DNA of 44,963 nt, taken from positions 1 through 44,963 of the IMG/VR virus record IMGVR_UViG_3300005662_000002. One strand, written 5' to 3'. This DNA is from a virus (Duplodnaviria > Caudoviricetes). Below, piece by piece: positions 44,365 through 44,963 of this stretch (the first letter of the stretch is position 1; every line of letters starts with the position of its first letter). The notes beneath the pieces are model-generated. The model was not told the DNA's origin. It saw nothing but the letters and a program-made list of their open reading frames with translations, and searched no databases. The position numbers and the translations under genes are program-made.

Positions 44365-44963
44365 GAAATTAGCGAAACAATTGTTCCCGAGTGGTAGGGC
44401 GTTTCGTATGCCTTACAATGGTGATGGTGATAAATTTTTAGAAGCGATTGCAGAGTCAAAACAAGATGCGTTTGATTCTGCAATAAGTGTATTAGACGCT
44501 ATTTTGCCTGACAATTCAAACTTTACTTCATTGGATGCTACTCAATGGGAACGAAGATTAGGAATGATTGTAGATAACGGAGCTTCATTGAGTGATCGTA
44601 AGTTGGCGATTCAACGTAAAATGAATCATCCAGGTGATATTCAGGCTAGACAAAGCGGTGATTACATTCAACAAGCATTACGTGACGCTGGGTTTAATGT
44701 AACAGTTTTTTGGAATATTAATAGAACTTTACTACCAACCCCAATTAATAAAAAAAATGTTTTTGGAGTTAATAATTTTGGAGTTACTAATTTTGGAATT
44801 TTACCATTAGTTGTTTATCCAGATAGTGAAATTATTGCTAATTTTATCGATAAAACAAAAGATCAATCATTTGAATTAGGCATTAATAATAATAGTTTTT
44901 TTGTTGTTTGCGATTCTGTTTTAGGTACTCCAGTGGATATACCTTTATCAAGAAGGGAAGAAA
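44357..44963 (+). CDS. Mu gp48-like/DUF2313 baseplate protein, 5' part (continues at 101-168; 224 aa total)
   Basis: MLKKLAKQLFPSGRAF..QWERRLG..SLSDRKLAI; missed by the ORF track because it wraps. Confidence 0.85.
   Translation, partial: MLKKLAKQLFPSGRAFRMPYNGDGDKFLEAIAESKQDAFDSAISVLDAILPDNSNFTSLDATQWERRLGMIVDNGASLSDRKLAIQRKMNHPGDIQARQSGDYIQQALRDAGFNVTVFWNINRTLLPTPINKKNVFGVNNFGVTNFGILPLVVYPDSEIIANFIDKTKDQSFELGINNNSFFVVCDSVLGTPVDIPLSRREE
44864..44963. repeat. 100-bp terminal direct repeat (copy 2)
   Basis: Identical to bases 1-100. Confidence 0.95.

Noticed and set aside
1-44963. Lysogeny module, tRNA genes or alternative genetic code
   Set aside because: No tyrosine or serine recombinase, transposase or tRNA was recognised. 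Genes tile densely under the standard code.

Overview
The window looks like a complete, circularly assembled ~44.86-kb genome of an AT-rich tailed phage. Bases 1-100 equal 44864-44963, and one baseplate gene reads across the join. The host is probably Bacteroidota (Flavobacteriales-like), based on many TAnnTTTG promoters, a DUF4494 gene and A-rich start contexts. The virion pairs a lambda-type head (GpA-type terminase, gpW, portal, ClpP-type protease/scaffold, decoration protein, gpE-type capsid) with a Mu/P2-type contractile tail, in a scrambled gene order. The minus strand carries replication and nucleotide genes (primase-helicase, SF2 helicase, VRR-NUC, ThyX, MazG-like, SSB) and a block of small early genes. 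I found no integrase, tRNA, CRISPR array or reverse transcriptase. Best leads: (1) an integrase-less array of integron-like gene cassettes at 26.1-28.4 kb, with attC-like hairpins, cassette-specific complementary ends and cargo genes antisense to the usual orientation; (2) one ~100-aa domain inserted in both the tail sheath and a 621-aa fibre-like protein; (3) a major capsid protein with a hydrophobic N-terminal leader; (4) an L,D-transpeptidase-like gene in the endolysin position; (5) fixed-spacing promoter/operator families, a kissing-loop leader RNA, and candidate cos and ori sites. Product calls come from motif recognition and synteny; no database search was run.
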